NCBI GenBank assembly: GCA_002633005.1
Contig: NMRA01000025.1
Coordinates: forward strand, 1,281,160 to 1,345,159
From: Phoronis australis
Lineage: Eukaryota; Animalia; Phoronida
Reading direction: 5' to 3'
DNA length: 64,000 nt
A program made the translations under genes and the position numbers. Positions 1-12,391 of the stretch are shown here, piece by piece (position 1 is the stretch's first letter; each line of letters starts with the position of its first letter). The notes beneath the pieces are model-generated. The model saw nothing but the letters and a program-made list of their open reading frames with translations, had not been told where the DNA came from and did not search any database.

Positions 1-132
1 CAAACGCGCAATTCACAGTGTTGTCCTTTTTGTTTTTTGTGTTTTTTTTTGCCCGCCTTTTTGTTACCAAAAAGGTTTACAACCGGCAAGAATTTGAGCC
101 TCAGTCCCCATCGGTCAGTGGGTGCGCGCATG
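1..132. mobile_element. Right end of a CATGCGCGCAC-terminus MITE (same family as 52039-52302), truncated by the window edge
   Basis: Ends in GGGTGCGCGCATG (120-132), identical to the right end of the 52039-52302 element. Confidence 0.45.
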
Positions 133-3100
133 TATTATTAAACTTGTGATATGATTTAGTGAAGTGCAAATTTTTATCAACGTGAACGTGCTTTTTAGTG
201 AACTTTTCAAGTTTCCTCGTGTATTCCAAGTTCAAGCATACGCGATCCTGAGAAGTATCGATCCTCCGAGTCAGTAGTTCACGCACTGGCTCAGCACAGG
301 CCTGCGACATCAAGGGTTAGTTACGGCATCGGCTAATAGGTTTCGCTGCACCAACATGGCTGAATACGTGTAATGGCTCACAGTTAGCACTATTTTTATT
401 CACGAATCGCCATAAACAGGTTAGTGTTCTTTTAGGAAGGTGTCGACGAAAGCATTTATTTTGAAAGTAAATAATCTGGTCGCCTTGTGGCGATTTTCTC
501 TGCAGGCGTGATCGCCCTGGCAGCTTCTGATCGTCCCCACGATCGGAAGCTGAGGACGCCTGTGGCTGTGCATCTGACTGTGTCAAGAGAAAGGTTCCAT
601 AGATAGGCCTAATACTAGACACGTAACCCGTTTGGCCGCAGTAGAGATGGTGACCATCCCATAGGCCCTCCATACTGTATGAAAACCTCTTTCGAACACA
701 ACTCTGTGTTACGGTTTTACGTGGGTTTATTCTAGAGATCTACAAGATATGTATCTATTCACTATGCTGTCTAACTCTCAACTGAAAACTTGTTTGTCAG
801 AACTAAAGATCATATGCTCATGAGTCATAATCAGATTTCAGAGAATTGTTTTGCACAACTTACACAATCTATGATTCTAGCTACCAGTGCCATATAAGGT
901 TATGTTTTGGACTCTGCAAGTTTAATGAAAACCACGAACATAACACATACGACGAAAACTTTTTGGCAAATTATGCCTCACACTGATTAAACCATCAAAG
1001 TCACTTCTATGGCCTTTTCCAAATATTGTTACTACGCTCTTAGAATCTTAGATATTTAAATTATCACATATTTGGAAATTAATGTATCATATCGTAATGT
1101 ATCGTATCGTATTGCTAAAGACCTTAATTGCTAGTCAAGCCCGCCCATTGACTTATCTGGACTGGCTGGGTAGCCTCTATCGTCCGAAGGAGAATGCCAC
1201 CACTTTTTTGTATCAATTTAGATCGAGGTAGTTCCACTCGATAACTATAGCAATTAAAAAGTTCAGTTCTTTTACCTGACGGAGGTGCTGAAATTAACCG
1301 ATGACATCGTAGTATCTAAAACAGTCTGTTCAGCAGTTCAGAAGAGGCTTACTGGTGAGTGGTGAGCTGGTTATCGCTTGACGTCATCGTTTTACACCAA
1401 TAAATTATCAAAATTCGATGCAAAAACCTTGTAAATACATTGAGTTTTTAAACAAATGAGTTGTTTTATTTCGCTGTTACGGATTTATAGAAATTTTGAA
1501 CATACTGTAGCTAAACCAACTTACCGAGGCCAGTCGCGGGAAGTTTGGATCTGTTCAGTGATAAATTAGACTAATAATTCTTCTGTGAAATGCAGACAGG
1601 GGAGCATAGCCGTGTAGGCTTGCGAATTTTTTCAGTTCTAAACACACAAAACACTTGTTAAAACCCAGTCGCTCAGAACACGATTGGGCCCATCGCGGAC
1701 TGGAGACATCACGGACATAAACCAGCTGGCTGCCAAAGTTAGAAACTAAACTTCCAGTCACGAAAAGTCTAGAGACTAGTGAACCAAAGAAATAACATGC
1801 ACATGGATATTTTCGAGAATTGGCTGCGAAATTGCACATTTACTAACTCATTGGAGGCCACGAAGTCAGGTTCCCCTTCCACAGAGCTCATGACAGCGTT
1901 TTTCCGTTCACAGGCAAATCACAATCAAGGTCGATATTCAGTAGCCACTTTTGGTGAAAAATGAAGGTTGTCATATATATAAAAGCTGGGTTATTTTAAA
2001 GTACCTTCATTTCAGGTTTGTAATCTAAAATATTTTTGCACAAGAACCACCGAATAAAATTTTATGGCGCAATGCATCACAGTTGTACAAAAGGGTACGT
2101 ACACTACAACTTGTGGTCACAGCCAACTTCTACCATGCAAAAATTCATAAGGTAGTTGTTAATTTAACAAGTTCTTGATCAAATTGAATAAGTATCACAT
2201 ACCAAAGTAAGAAATTTTATTAACATGCTGATCAAGTTGTTCTAGATGATGATACATTGTGTATCTTAACACAGTATAATGACAACCTCCTCTCTTGCAA
2301 TATGATTCTTACAAAAAGAAAATGACAAGTAAACTACTTTTTTCAAAAACTTTATTGGTGCTATTTGCCTAGTTTTCAATACATTCATCAGTTGGTCAAA
2401 ATCGTTAAAGCAATGCTGGGCCCAGTGTTCCACTTGTAAACAGTATAAAATGATACTGGTTGGGGGGTACCTATACACTACGCAGTCAATCAACTTCAAA
2501 TTGTTTGACTAAGTTACAAATTTATGGGATGGTCTCAAGTTTTGTGCTGCCTCTACTTGTTGGTTTGTTGCAAGTTGTCTTGAGAGATAGTGAATCTGCC
2601 TCTGCCTTATCAATTGTCTCATGACATATTTTCTAGGATGTTACTAGCCAAGACCTGTGTGGCATTTTATTGCCCACAAATTTGACAATGTCCATTTTTT
2701 GTTGTCAGACTGGATGCATTTTGGAAATATCAGTACTTATTGTTCATGAGAACAGCAGTATGTAAACGTATACTTGTGGACAATACTTTATAGCACAGAG
2801 GTTGAAGGTACGTACACTACACAGGGGTATGTACACTACATTTCAATGACATGTCACGTTTGTAACTAAATACTAAGAATCTACTGAGAGTTAGTTAATT
2901 TACTAAATTAATTCAAAGAGAAAAAATAAAAAGCACAGCATTCATGTGCATATCTGCCGTACTTTGAAAATAGGCACAAATTAAAATATAGGGTTACGTA
3001 CACTACACAAATGCTAATATTTCACTCAAAACAAATGTAATTGTAATAAACACCCTTTTAAAGTGTACACAACATGACTCTAGTACCTCAAAATAAATTT

Positions 3101-3298
3101 TATTATTATATCTTACTTAATTTTAGTGCCATTAGTGCACAACTCATAAAGAAACACGCAAAATTTTAAAAAAAATAATAAATATGTTTACGTCATGGGT
3201 TGAACCCAAGTCGTTCGCCATACTGTTTGGATTAGAGACACAGTGTATAGAGTGAAGTGAAAGCAAGGTTTATTTACGTCGAAAAGGTTCGTAGAGGT

Positions 3299-6200
3299 AT
3301 GAAAAGATGTGTTTGCGGAGGCTGCAGCAACAGCAGCCAGACGGAGAACGTCTCGGTTTTCAAATTTCCCAAGGACGTCAAACTTGCGCAGAAGTGGCAT
3401 CGCTTCGTGCGCCGAACGAGAGTGTGGGACCTCAGCGTGGACCAAGCGATTCGGTCCGGGGCCACTCTGTGTTCTGCCCACTTTGAGGACTCGTGTTTCG
3501 ACTCCAGTCAGAAGAGACGTTACGATGAAGGCCTGGCCACTTAGTGAGTGCATTTTATTATTTTTTCAATAACAAATATATAAAATAGTTACTAGGTCTG
3601 GTTGGTGGGTAGGTCATCGACATGCACCTCAGTCCAAGCTAAGATTCACTGGCAGTTTGGCAAACAAGTTGCCTGGCATTGTGATTACTTTAGTGTCATT
3701 GATTAGATTGCTCGCATCAGCTTGTTCAGTGTCTGACACACACTATATTGTGTGGCTTATCTTTTTGTTTTTCCAGGATTCTGTAGCACTTATACGGTAA
3801 TGTACTGAGCAGTGTGAATTGTTCCCAGGGGTCACTCTCAGACATAAGTATAGCATTCAAGCCACGTTATAAAAGATACTTGAGAAATTCCCTACTGCGG
3901 ATGCTATATGTTCACTAATCCCTACTCCCTGTTGTCTGCCTCCCCCATGCGGTGTTCATTTACCACCCATCTCAGTTTTTGGTGCGATTTAGTTACTCTA
4001 ATCATTGTGCAATGAAAAGTGTTTTTCATGTCAACAATTGAAGTGTCTAAGGTGAGCGCACTGTAGTTTTGTTGGAATTGTGGTTGTAACAGGCAGTAAT
4101 GTGTTGAGGATAGTAATGTAGTGATGCCTGTTGTGAGTAGTAAGAAAATCAATGAGCTTTTTTCTGGGATGGTTCATATCGTCCAGTACACTTCATTACA
4201 GGACTGAAATGCAAATAAAGGAGGCATATTGAACCCTTGCTTGTCTTGCAAAACGTGCTTTGTCTTTATGAGTGATCCTGGTTGATTATACCGCAGACTC
4301 AATTCAGCTTTTACAACTCGGGATATTTGTTTTGCAGTCGTCTTCGCTTACTTCCTGGCAGTGTCCCTTCAATTCATCTTAAATCAAGGAAACCAACCCT
4401 GCTGCCTTCCCAGAAAGTGTCTGCCTTGTCTGGGAGTCCAAAGCAAAAGACACAGAGATCTTTGGTTTCAAGGAAGCTTGAGTCTGCAAGGGTAGGTTAA
4501 TTATAAAGTGTAACGTTTATAAGTGGATGTCTTTGAGAGTTTGCTTTTTGGACGGATATGGTTAGTTATTGTTGGAAAAATTGTGGCAAGCCGTTACCAA
4601 AAATAGATATAAGTAGAAATAAAAATACTTATTGAAGGTAAACCTGGTGTAGTTTAATTTTGAAGAGTTTTTAATCAATTATACCAGGTTTACCATTAAA
4701 AAGTATTGTTGGTTATTGTGCTCATGTTGCTCTATAACAAACTGTTATTTTTTACTTTTTTGAACTTACATCACTTTTTTGTCTTCCATTTGTTAAGATT
4801 CGCGAAGAGGTCCGTTCGATAGCCAAACAGAAACGATCTACGGCGCCTCATACTGTCACGCATGCAGCTACCCCTTCATCGATGTCTTCCTCACCTGGCC
4901 TTCTGTGCTCTTGGGACACGCAAATCATCATAGAGCCCATCAGGCGAGATGCAGAGACGCAAACAGAAATTGCTGGTAATTTGTTTGAATGACCATAAAG
5001 TAGAGCGCCTCTCTTTTACAAATACTTAATTACTGAGTTTGCTTGAAAGTAAATTTCATTTGTAGGCTATTCATGGATAAAGCCTAATGAGCAGGGTTTG
5101 TTACAATTGACGGGCATATAGGGCACAATTTATAGTCTTCAGTAACAACTGTACAAAAGCTATAAAATGAGAGTTCATATCTTATGGGCCCCATGGATTC
5201 TTGCTGGTTACGAGCCAAATTTAGTTGGCACTCTATGTTGCCTCGAAATTGCTAAGAAACGGTGCTCTGGCCATAATACATAAATGAAGGATTTTTATCT
5301 AAAGCACTGGTCTCTCTAACTCAGATGATTGGTGGTTTTTGGGCTCATCATCACTATTCCCCAAATGTCGTTTTCTAGAACTTTTTATTTTTTCAGGTAG
5401 TGACCTTGAAGGGTGGATCGAGAGGGGACATTTGCTGTCATCTTCTGTAGCTGCTCCATCAACTCCAGTGCTTGTGCCGCCCTTGCATGTTGAGGTAGAG
5501 CTAGAAACGTGCCCCACATTGTCCTTGGTCACCACAGAATCTTCCCTGGTCACCACAGAGTCTTCCTTGGTAACCACAGAGTCTTCCCTGGTCGCAACTG
5601 AATCTTCCCTGGTCACCACAGTCTTCCCTGGTCAACACAGTCTTCTCCTTTCCCGGCCACCACAGAGTCTTCTCCACCCCTAATACCTCTGGAGTCCTAC
5701 TTGGAATCACCAGATTCAGGCTCGTCGTACTCTCCTTCATCTGAAGAGGAGTCCAGCCCAGAAAAGCGGCCCAAGTAAGCTTCTGTCGCAAAACTCCATG
5801 CATGAGTGCACGCTCCTAATTGTGGAGCTGCTCCCAATTGCAGAACTTCGGCACAGCTGCCTGTATGTGAGACATTTGACTTGCAAAAATCTTGCAAAAA
5901 CATTATATTATTTTGCTTATAGTCACATGCGCTACATGCGTGACTTTAGCAATGACTAGTTAGCCTCGTACACAATAAGTGGATCTGAAAATGGCATGTC
6001 TGAGAAATAAGCAGATCTTTACCAGTCACAACTGAAACTTTGTTTATAGTTGCCTTCATGGTTAGTGTTTGTGTTAGCCACTTATTCTGCCTAGGTTTCT
6101 GTGGTATTTGTCATAATTTACAGAAGTCCTTGTTAATTTTGACATTTTGTCTACAAAATACAAATGTACTTAAACATTGCATTTATCATGTTTTTCAGGA

Positions 6201-7603
6201 AATTACCCAAGACAGACTTTATCGAATCTGATGACCATCGGAAGTACATCGTGTATGAAACATGTCTCTTGAAGCTCTTTGATGTTTGCCGGGTGTGCAG
6301 GAACAAGGCTTCTCCTCAGATCATAAAAATGATCGGCACATTGGTTGTTATTCAACAAAGCTGCACCCGTGTCAGCTGTCCTGGTTACACATGGCATTCG
6401 CAGCCATTCGTGCAGGACTACCCCGAGGGAAATCTTCTGCTGTCGGCTGCCACCCTGTTTAGCGGCTGTTCGATCTCCAAGGTACAGAACCTGCTTAGAT
6501 TCTTTGGAATCAAAACTTACCATAACAACACCTTCTTCCGGCACCAGCGCCTGTTTCTTCACGACGCTATAGAAAAAGTGTGGGGCGACCTGCAGGAGGA
6601 GCTACTCCTCAGTTTACCCCCTGAAATACTTATAGGAGGTGACGCAAGATGTGACAGGTAATTACTCACTATATTTTGTTGGTTAGTACTGCAGTGGTTA
6701 CTTCCTGTTCATATCAGGACGGGTATGATAAATTTGAAACTCTGTAAGTGTTAGGATAGCAGTTATGTACATAATAATTTGCTGATTGCTTTGAAGGTCT
6801 GTGCTCTGTGCTGCAAATGATAGCCTGATCGTTAGAAGTGACAAAATATTTTTTCACTTAGATGAATCTTGGGGATATACTGTTTTCTTATTTTGTGATA
6901 TATATCTATTTTCTTTCATTGCAGTGAATTGATTTAATGATAACAATTATTAATAGCCTGGTTATATATTCAGCAGTGAAAGTAGAATAATATCTTAATT
7001 CAGATAAAGTCTTTTGATATAATAATAATCTGACCGATTCTCATTGCCGTCACGTCATATTTTAGCCCTGGTCATACTGCAAAATATGGGAGTTACACAC
7101 TGATGGACCTTGAGCGCAACAAAATCTTAGCAATGGAGCTTGTACAGGTAATACACGTCACGGCATACTAAAAAGGTTGACCTTCATATGTTGAGTAAAA
7201 AGGTGTTGTCAAGTAATCCACCATTACTCCTTTTGCTACCCTTTGTGTCGGACTTTGATTCTACTGATGCTCTGCTCGTCATGTTTGACATATTATTTAG
7301 TTAAGTTAACATTTTTCAAGTGCAGCCAAATATCACTTATACCTTCAAAGTGCTACTACGTTGTAAATTAAATACTGTGTGTTGTTAATGCAAGCCATAA
7401 GGCACATTGTTTTTGTTAAGAAATAAAATTTTGTTTATCTGCCGTGTTGACCTTAAATTTAAGTAACTTTAAGATATGAAGTTAATGAATCATTCTTGTA
7501 GCTGTGTCATTTCTGATACACCAATATGGGCACATATTATACTTCATAATACTCTTGCTTACAGAAAAATGAGGTTGGTGGCTCCTATCATATGGAATTG
7601 GAT
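3299..7603 (+). pseudogene. Spliced THAP-domain transposase (Kolobok-like), frameshifted and truncated
   Basis: Seven GT-AG exons with matching phases: 3299-3543 (MKRCVCGGCSN...FKFP...KW...LCSAHF, THAP C2CH), 4338-4491 (YRLRLLPGSVPSI, THAP AVPT-like box), 4798-4975, 5397-5774, 6199-6657 (KYIVYETCLLKLF-C2-C...WHSQP...GNLLLSAATLFSG...GGDARCD), 7066-7147 (SPGHTAKYGSYTLMD...ELVQ), 7565-~7603 (KNEVGGSYHMEL). Exon 4 has a frameshift. Homology stops after MEL, before the remaining catalytic residues. Confidence 0.8.
5522..5672 (+). repeat. 21-bp coding tandem repeat (SSLVTTE)n inside transposase exon 4
   Basis: TCTTCCCTGGTCACCACAGAG units. Two later units each lack AG, giving a net frameshift. Confidence 0.85.
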
Positions 7604-7638
7604 ATGGTGCTAGTGGTGGTGGTTGTGGTGCTGCTGGT

Positions 7639-7794
7639 CAGTGCTGTAGTGGGGTGTAGGCGCACGTAGGCGCAGCCAACCACCTTTTGGCATTTGAACG
7701 TAGCGTCTACGCACCGTAAGTTACGTTCAGTGCTCTAGGTGATACGGTGGGCTTTGGGCGCCTACTTACCTCGAATTTTACCACTACAGCACTG
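7639..7794. mobile_element. 156-bp MITE, CAG...CTG termini, 5-bp TSD
   Basis: Perfect 14-bp TIR CAGTGCTGTAGTGG / CCACTACAGCACTG, flanked by CTGGT on both sides. Confidence 0.8.
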
Positions 7795-7958
7795 CTGGTG
7801 GTGGTGACGAATCACTAGTTTATCAAGTATTGAAAGCAGTCATAGTTTAGTTGATGATTGGCGACACCTACGGAGTATTGCCCCAATTTCGAACTTTCTT
7901 TTTCTACTCTGTCTACTCGTATCCCATGCAATGATGCAATGCATATACATGTACGCAC

Positions 7959-8127
7959 CTAAAAGAGGAATAGCCAAGGACGTCGGAGGTAGACTTTCGG
8001 CAATCAACAGCAATATGAGTGCCATGGATATCACCATGGTCACGCACAGGGAGATTTTTTCGCCCGCTTCTGGCGGAAGACAGAAGGCACTGAACGCAAT
8101 CACTGTCAACAAAATAACGGGCAACAC
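7959..8127 (-). CDS. Single exon of a cation-selective Cys-loop receptor (nicotinic acetylcholine receptor-like), TM1-TM2-TM2/3 loop
   Basis: tttccag|VLPVILLTVIAFSAFCLPPEAGEKISLCVTMVISMALILLLIAESLPPTSLAIPLLG|gtgcgt. LP..GEK and E.LPPTS..IPLLG are nAChR hallmarks. 169 nt, phase 0 to phase 1. No other exons of this gene were found. Confidence 0.75.
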
Positions 8128-8506
8128 CTGGAAATAAACAATTGAATTGTTGAAAAGACGAAACGACTCGTTTTGTACGAGTGACATGGGGAACGACTGC
8201 TTTTTTCTGGATTCAACTAATGAAGAAAGATATTTTTAGGTTTAATTTTGTTTCTTCTTCGACAGGCTAGAGTACAATCTTTTCAAACTTGGAATCTTCT
8301 TAAAATAGTTCTAGTTTGACAGCTGATCGGCTGGTGTTTTTTTTGTTGTTTTTGGTATACTAATTGACTTATTCTAAAAGTGGTTTACGCGCGAAATACT
8401 AACAAAACCCGATGTCTTATGAATGCCGCGTTGTATATGGTGAAGATGTCACGGAAATTCACAACTATTGCAACAAATGACCTTGATCGAGACTGAATGA
8501 CATTTT

Positions 8507-10168
8507 AACGAGAGCGCTCGGAGGAGCGACACTTGGCGGAATTAATCGAAAGACGACAATGGGGAGGACGACGACAATCATGACGATCAAGGCGACAATA
8601 ATGAACAACACGGTAACATTCATGTGACTAGCGAAGAAATCAAATAGAGAGCTTATAATGAACTACAATAAAGAACAATAGATAGCGCAACATGACGGAC
8701 GAGCCATGCTTTGTTCCCGCAATCCAAAANGTGACTAGCGAAGAAATCAAATAGAGAGCATATAATGAACTACAATAAAGAACAATAGATAGCGCAACAT
8801 GACGGACGAGCCATGATTTGTTCCCGCAATCCAAAATAGGTGGCACTATGTGACAGTCTGCAGAGCAAAGTTTACAAAAGTATTTCGCCTGGAATTCCAG
8901 TCAACAGTACGACAGTGCTACCTGGGTCAGTCGGGGTCACAACTCTCTGTTAACTTGTGCAGACATAACCAAAACAAAGTGAACTGAAAGCCAGCCAGCT
9001 GCGTGCATACGTGACCGAAGGAACAACGGAATAATTAAAAAAAAATTAGACGTCGTAGCGCAAAATGGTAATTATCTTCTGAAAGCCCGTTCAAAACTAT
9101 CTAAAGTGGTAGTTTGTCAAACACGATAACATTCATGTGACTAGCGAAGAAATCAAATAGAGAGCATACAATCAATTACAATAAAGAACAACAGATGGCG
9201 CAACATGACGGTCCAGTCTCAGTAGGACAGTGCTGGCTGGGTCAGTCTGGGTCAACTAGGCATAACCAAAACAAAGTGAACTGAATGCCAGCCAGCTGTG
9301 TGCTTGCATAAATGAACGAAGGAACAACGGTATCCGAAAATCTCGAATAATTCAAAAAGTAGACGTCGTAGCGCAAAATGGAAAATATCTTCTGAAAGCC
9401 CGTTCAAAATTCTATATAAAGTGATAGTTTGGCAAAAATCAAAAAAATTTTCGAGAAAATTGAAAATTTGACGTTTTTTTTGAAATTCAAAGTCAAATAA
9501 CTCGAAAACGGTAAGTCTGAGAAATACGCTCTCGCAGACTTTTTGAAAGGTCATACTTCAAGGAATCCACATGCAAAAATTCACGTCATTTACTTGTCCC
9601 ATTAAAAATGCGACACCAGAGCGATTGAAACCGTGTGCACATGCGCCACAGCCGCCATCTTGAAAGTGACTTCCGGTCCAATAATTTTTTATAAAAGCTT
9701 ATTAAACTCAACAAACACGTGACCAGTTTGAAAGTGATTGGTTTGCAATTAAGCCCTCTACAGGAGAAAAGTCACGTTTTTAGCCATATTTCGGGGTGCG
9801 CAACGCCACGTCCAATATTTCCGCCATCTTTAACCGGAAGTCAACAATTTTCTGCACAATTGTAGCACATGTGTTCTAGTATATTCGTAACGATTTTCAG
9901 CCATGTAGGTCGAAAAATGCGGCCTCTACGAGTATTTGACTGTGAAATCGGATACAAAATGGCCACCACGTCCGCCATTTTGTATCCGATCATGACCAAA
10001 AACAATAGCGTTCTAGCAGTTCCCGATCTACACGTTGTGTGCAAATTTCGTGAAAGTCAGACCAAAATTGAGACCTGTAGAGAGCGAACAAACAAAACAA
10101 AAAACAAAAAAAAAATTCCCCGTCAGACCAAAATACTTGACGGAATTCGAGGAATTCCGCCAAGTAAT
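8507..10168. mobile_element. Helentron-type non-autonomous element (HINE-like)
   Basis: One end is AACGAGAG plus hairpin CGCTC-GGAG-GAGCG plus subterminal ACTTGGCGGAATT (8531). The other end has the palindrome ACTTGACGGAATTC-GAG-GAATTCCGCCAAGT (~10135-10165), preceded by an (AAAC)-rich tract. Internal ~100-bp repeats at 8615-8835 and 9128-9210. Confidence 0.65.
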
Positions 10169-10422
10169 AATGAACTGTGACTCTAGCAATTTCCTTTTTT
10201 GCACATGAGCACTCTACATTCTAGTCTACAACTTCCGCCTCGCCACCGTTTCTGAGTTGTGGCCGCTTGACACCGATCATCTTATGCCGTATCAGTTATG
10301 CTGCGTCAAAATTTAATGTCTAAATGGGACTAAGTCTCATTTTATAACAGAGGTCAAAGTTAAAAGTTTTGACGGATGATGTTTTTTTAACAGTTTTAAG
10401 GACAAATTATCAAAATACATAC

Positions 10423-10598
10423 CTGCAAACTTTTTCAAAGTCTACAATTCTGAAGTTCTCCTTCTTTTTGTCAGAAAGCAAGAAACCCACTCGCCCACAG
10501 ACTGTATCCTGAGTTAATGCACCGTCTTTGTTGTTCATTCTGTGTCCTGAGTTAATGCACCATCTTTGTTGTTCATTCTGTGCACTACACTTTACAAC
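10423..10598 (-). CDS. Possible exon of an unidentified gene
   Basis: gtttgcag|VVKCSAQ...ENFRIVDFEKVC(R)|gtatgt. Its phase-0 start fits the 13502 donor. It contains a 38-bp internal tandem duplication, so the call is weak. Confidence 0.2.
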
Positions 10599-11081
10599 CT
10601 GCAAACAAATGTTTCTACAAACTTCTATACCATTTGAATTTCTGTGTCCCAACTTTTAGAGACTGTTCCAGCATGTGGAGAACATGCTATAATTATCTGA
10701 TACTTTCCAATGAATAGCTAAAGGTTTGGGTTTTTGTTGAAAAAATCCATGTTAGTGGACCAATTTTCAAAATTCAAAACCCATGTGATTTATAATTTTT
10801 ACTCCTCTATTCAGATTTCATGGTTTCCATGTCCCAAAAATGAAAATGGAAAAACAGAGCTTGGATACTTTCAACCCTATTTAGATGTGATCCGACAGTA
10901 ATTGCACTATTGAATAGAGTCACAAAAGATTTCTTCAAATTGTTTCTCATCTTATTTAAAGGGATGTTTGACAGCATGAAACAGGAGAATTTTTACTAGT
11001 ACCCTCCTTTGTATTATCAGTTATTGACATTTTTCAAAGTTTACTTAACAAATTTAAATTTATTGTCATTCATTAAAGGCN

Positions 11082-12391
11082 AGGCGCCACAGTAGTCGAA
11101 GTCATCGTAAAATTATCGTCAGCCGTCCACTTCATAGTAAAACATACATGCCGATTTTTACAGTTATCCTGAAAGCGGTTTTGTTTATAGAGGGGTGGAC
11201 ACCAAAAAAACAGACTCGAAAACAGTAAAAATGACCACTAGGTGGCGTGAACTATGTCAAATCCATCGGAAAACGGGAGGATGTCATCGTTCTACTAATA
11301 GATGCCTATATACCAAATTTCATGAAAATACCTTGAGGACCTTTGAAGATACAGAGGTAAACGTAAAAAAAAATAAAATTGCCACTAGGGGGCACACCGG
11401 TAGTCGGATCTGCCCGAATGTACCCTCACGCAGTCCCATCCACAAAAGGAACACATGCGCAAAATTTCATGAGCATACATCAATCGGTTTTGGAGATAAA
11501 GCAGCGAACGCCGGACGGACGCCGTCCGGACGGACGGAAGCAGATGACGGTATAATGCACCCACATATTTATATTAAAAATGTTGAATGGCCTCTCCATC
11601 TCGCACATTTCATAGTCGTTTATTTGCATTTACAGTGCACGCACGTGTTACAAATCACAGTCTACACAAATACTGAAAAAAATGGTTTTTCAATCAAACC
11701 AATGATCTAACCAAAGGGGAATACATTTCAATACATTTCCTTAACCATCTGTGACTTGAAACATTGGCAAACCAAGGAAAAAGTTTTTAATTTCATTTTC
11801 TGCCGTCAATCAGTAATTTTTTTACAACAATGGTATAACACTACCATGAGACTTTGGAGGGCGCCTCATCATAATTGCCATCACCACCAGGACGCACAGC
11901 ATACCGACTACAACGCCCATCATCACCTTGCTGTCAACTGTTTCTTCCGATTTAGATTCATCTTCTGGCAATTTCTCTTTACCTTTTTGTGATGTCTGCA
12001 ACAACATATATTCAAGCTTATTTACAGCAGGAACTAAAGGACAATGCTATTTTAATGTAATCTATGCTAAAGAAAGTGCAGCAGCTGTATTCATTGACAA
12101 TTTGTAAAAATGAGAAAACAAAAAATTTAGCAAACAGGTGATCTTTGCACTAATGATGTATCTTGCTCATATAGCCCAGATCATGCAGTGCTATTCCCCA
12201 GCACCACATCACAATACTTATGGGGACTCCTCAGTGATTTATGGCAGTTCATTTTCGCCACAAAACTCATTCTTAAAAACATTTGGCACCTTTCAAGCTA
12301 CTTCAAATTCACATGGTCACTTTATGCTGTGTTTCTAACTAAATTGGCCAAGCAATCACAGTAATAAGAAATTAACCTGCAATTTGCACTT
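11082..12391. repeat. Apparently identical copy of 15499-16808 (probable assembly artefact)
   Basis: Identical ORF translations at a constant offset of 4417. Bounded by a single N at 11081 and the gap at 12392. Includes a second copy of the TM exon (11822-11995). Confidence 0.85.

Larger units (their letters stand above)
3062..7603 (+). mobile_element. Kolobok-type DNA transposon, left end intact, 3'-truncated
   Basis: Starts right after TTAA (3058-3061) with AGTGTACACAACATG. Homology to the 61431 copy begins exactly at this TTAA. Encodes a THAP plus DDE-type transposase. The superfamily call is inferred from the TTAA target, AG terminus, THAP domain and GDxRxDSPGHxAKY motif. Confidence 0.75.

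Noticed and set aside
101-673. Two minus-strand ORFs (118 and 70 aa)
   Set aside because: No recognisable domain. The shorter one ends inside a MITE terminus.
1555-1839. YFFGSLV...SPRWAQ as the missing nAChR TM3 exon
   Set aside because: Only superficial resemblance. There is no AG acceptor at the expected position, and there are polar or charged residues in the would-be helix.
2078-2110. RAG recombination signal sequence
   Set aside because: CACAGTT is heptamer-like, but there is no nonamer at a 12- or 23-bp spacing.
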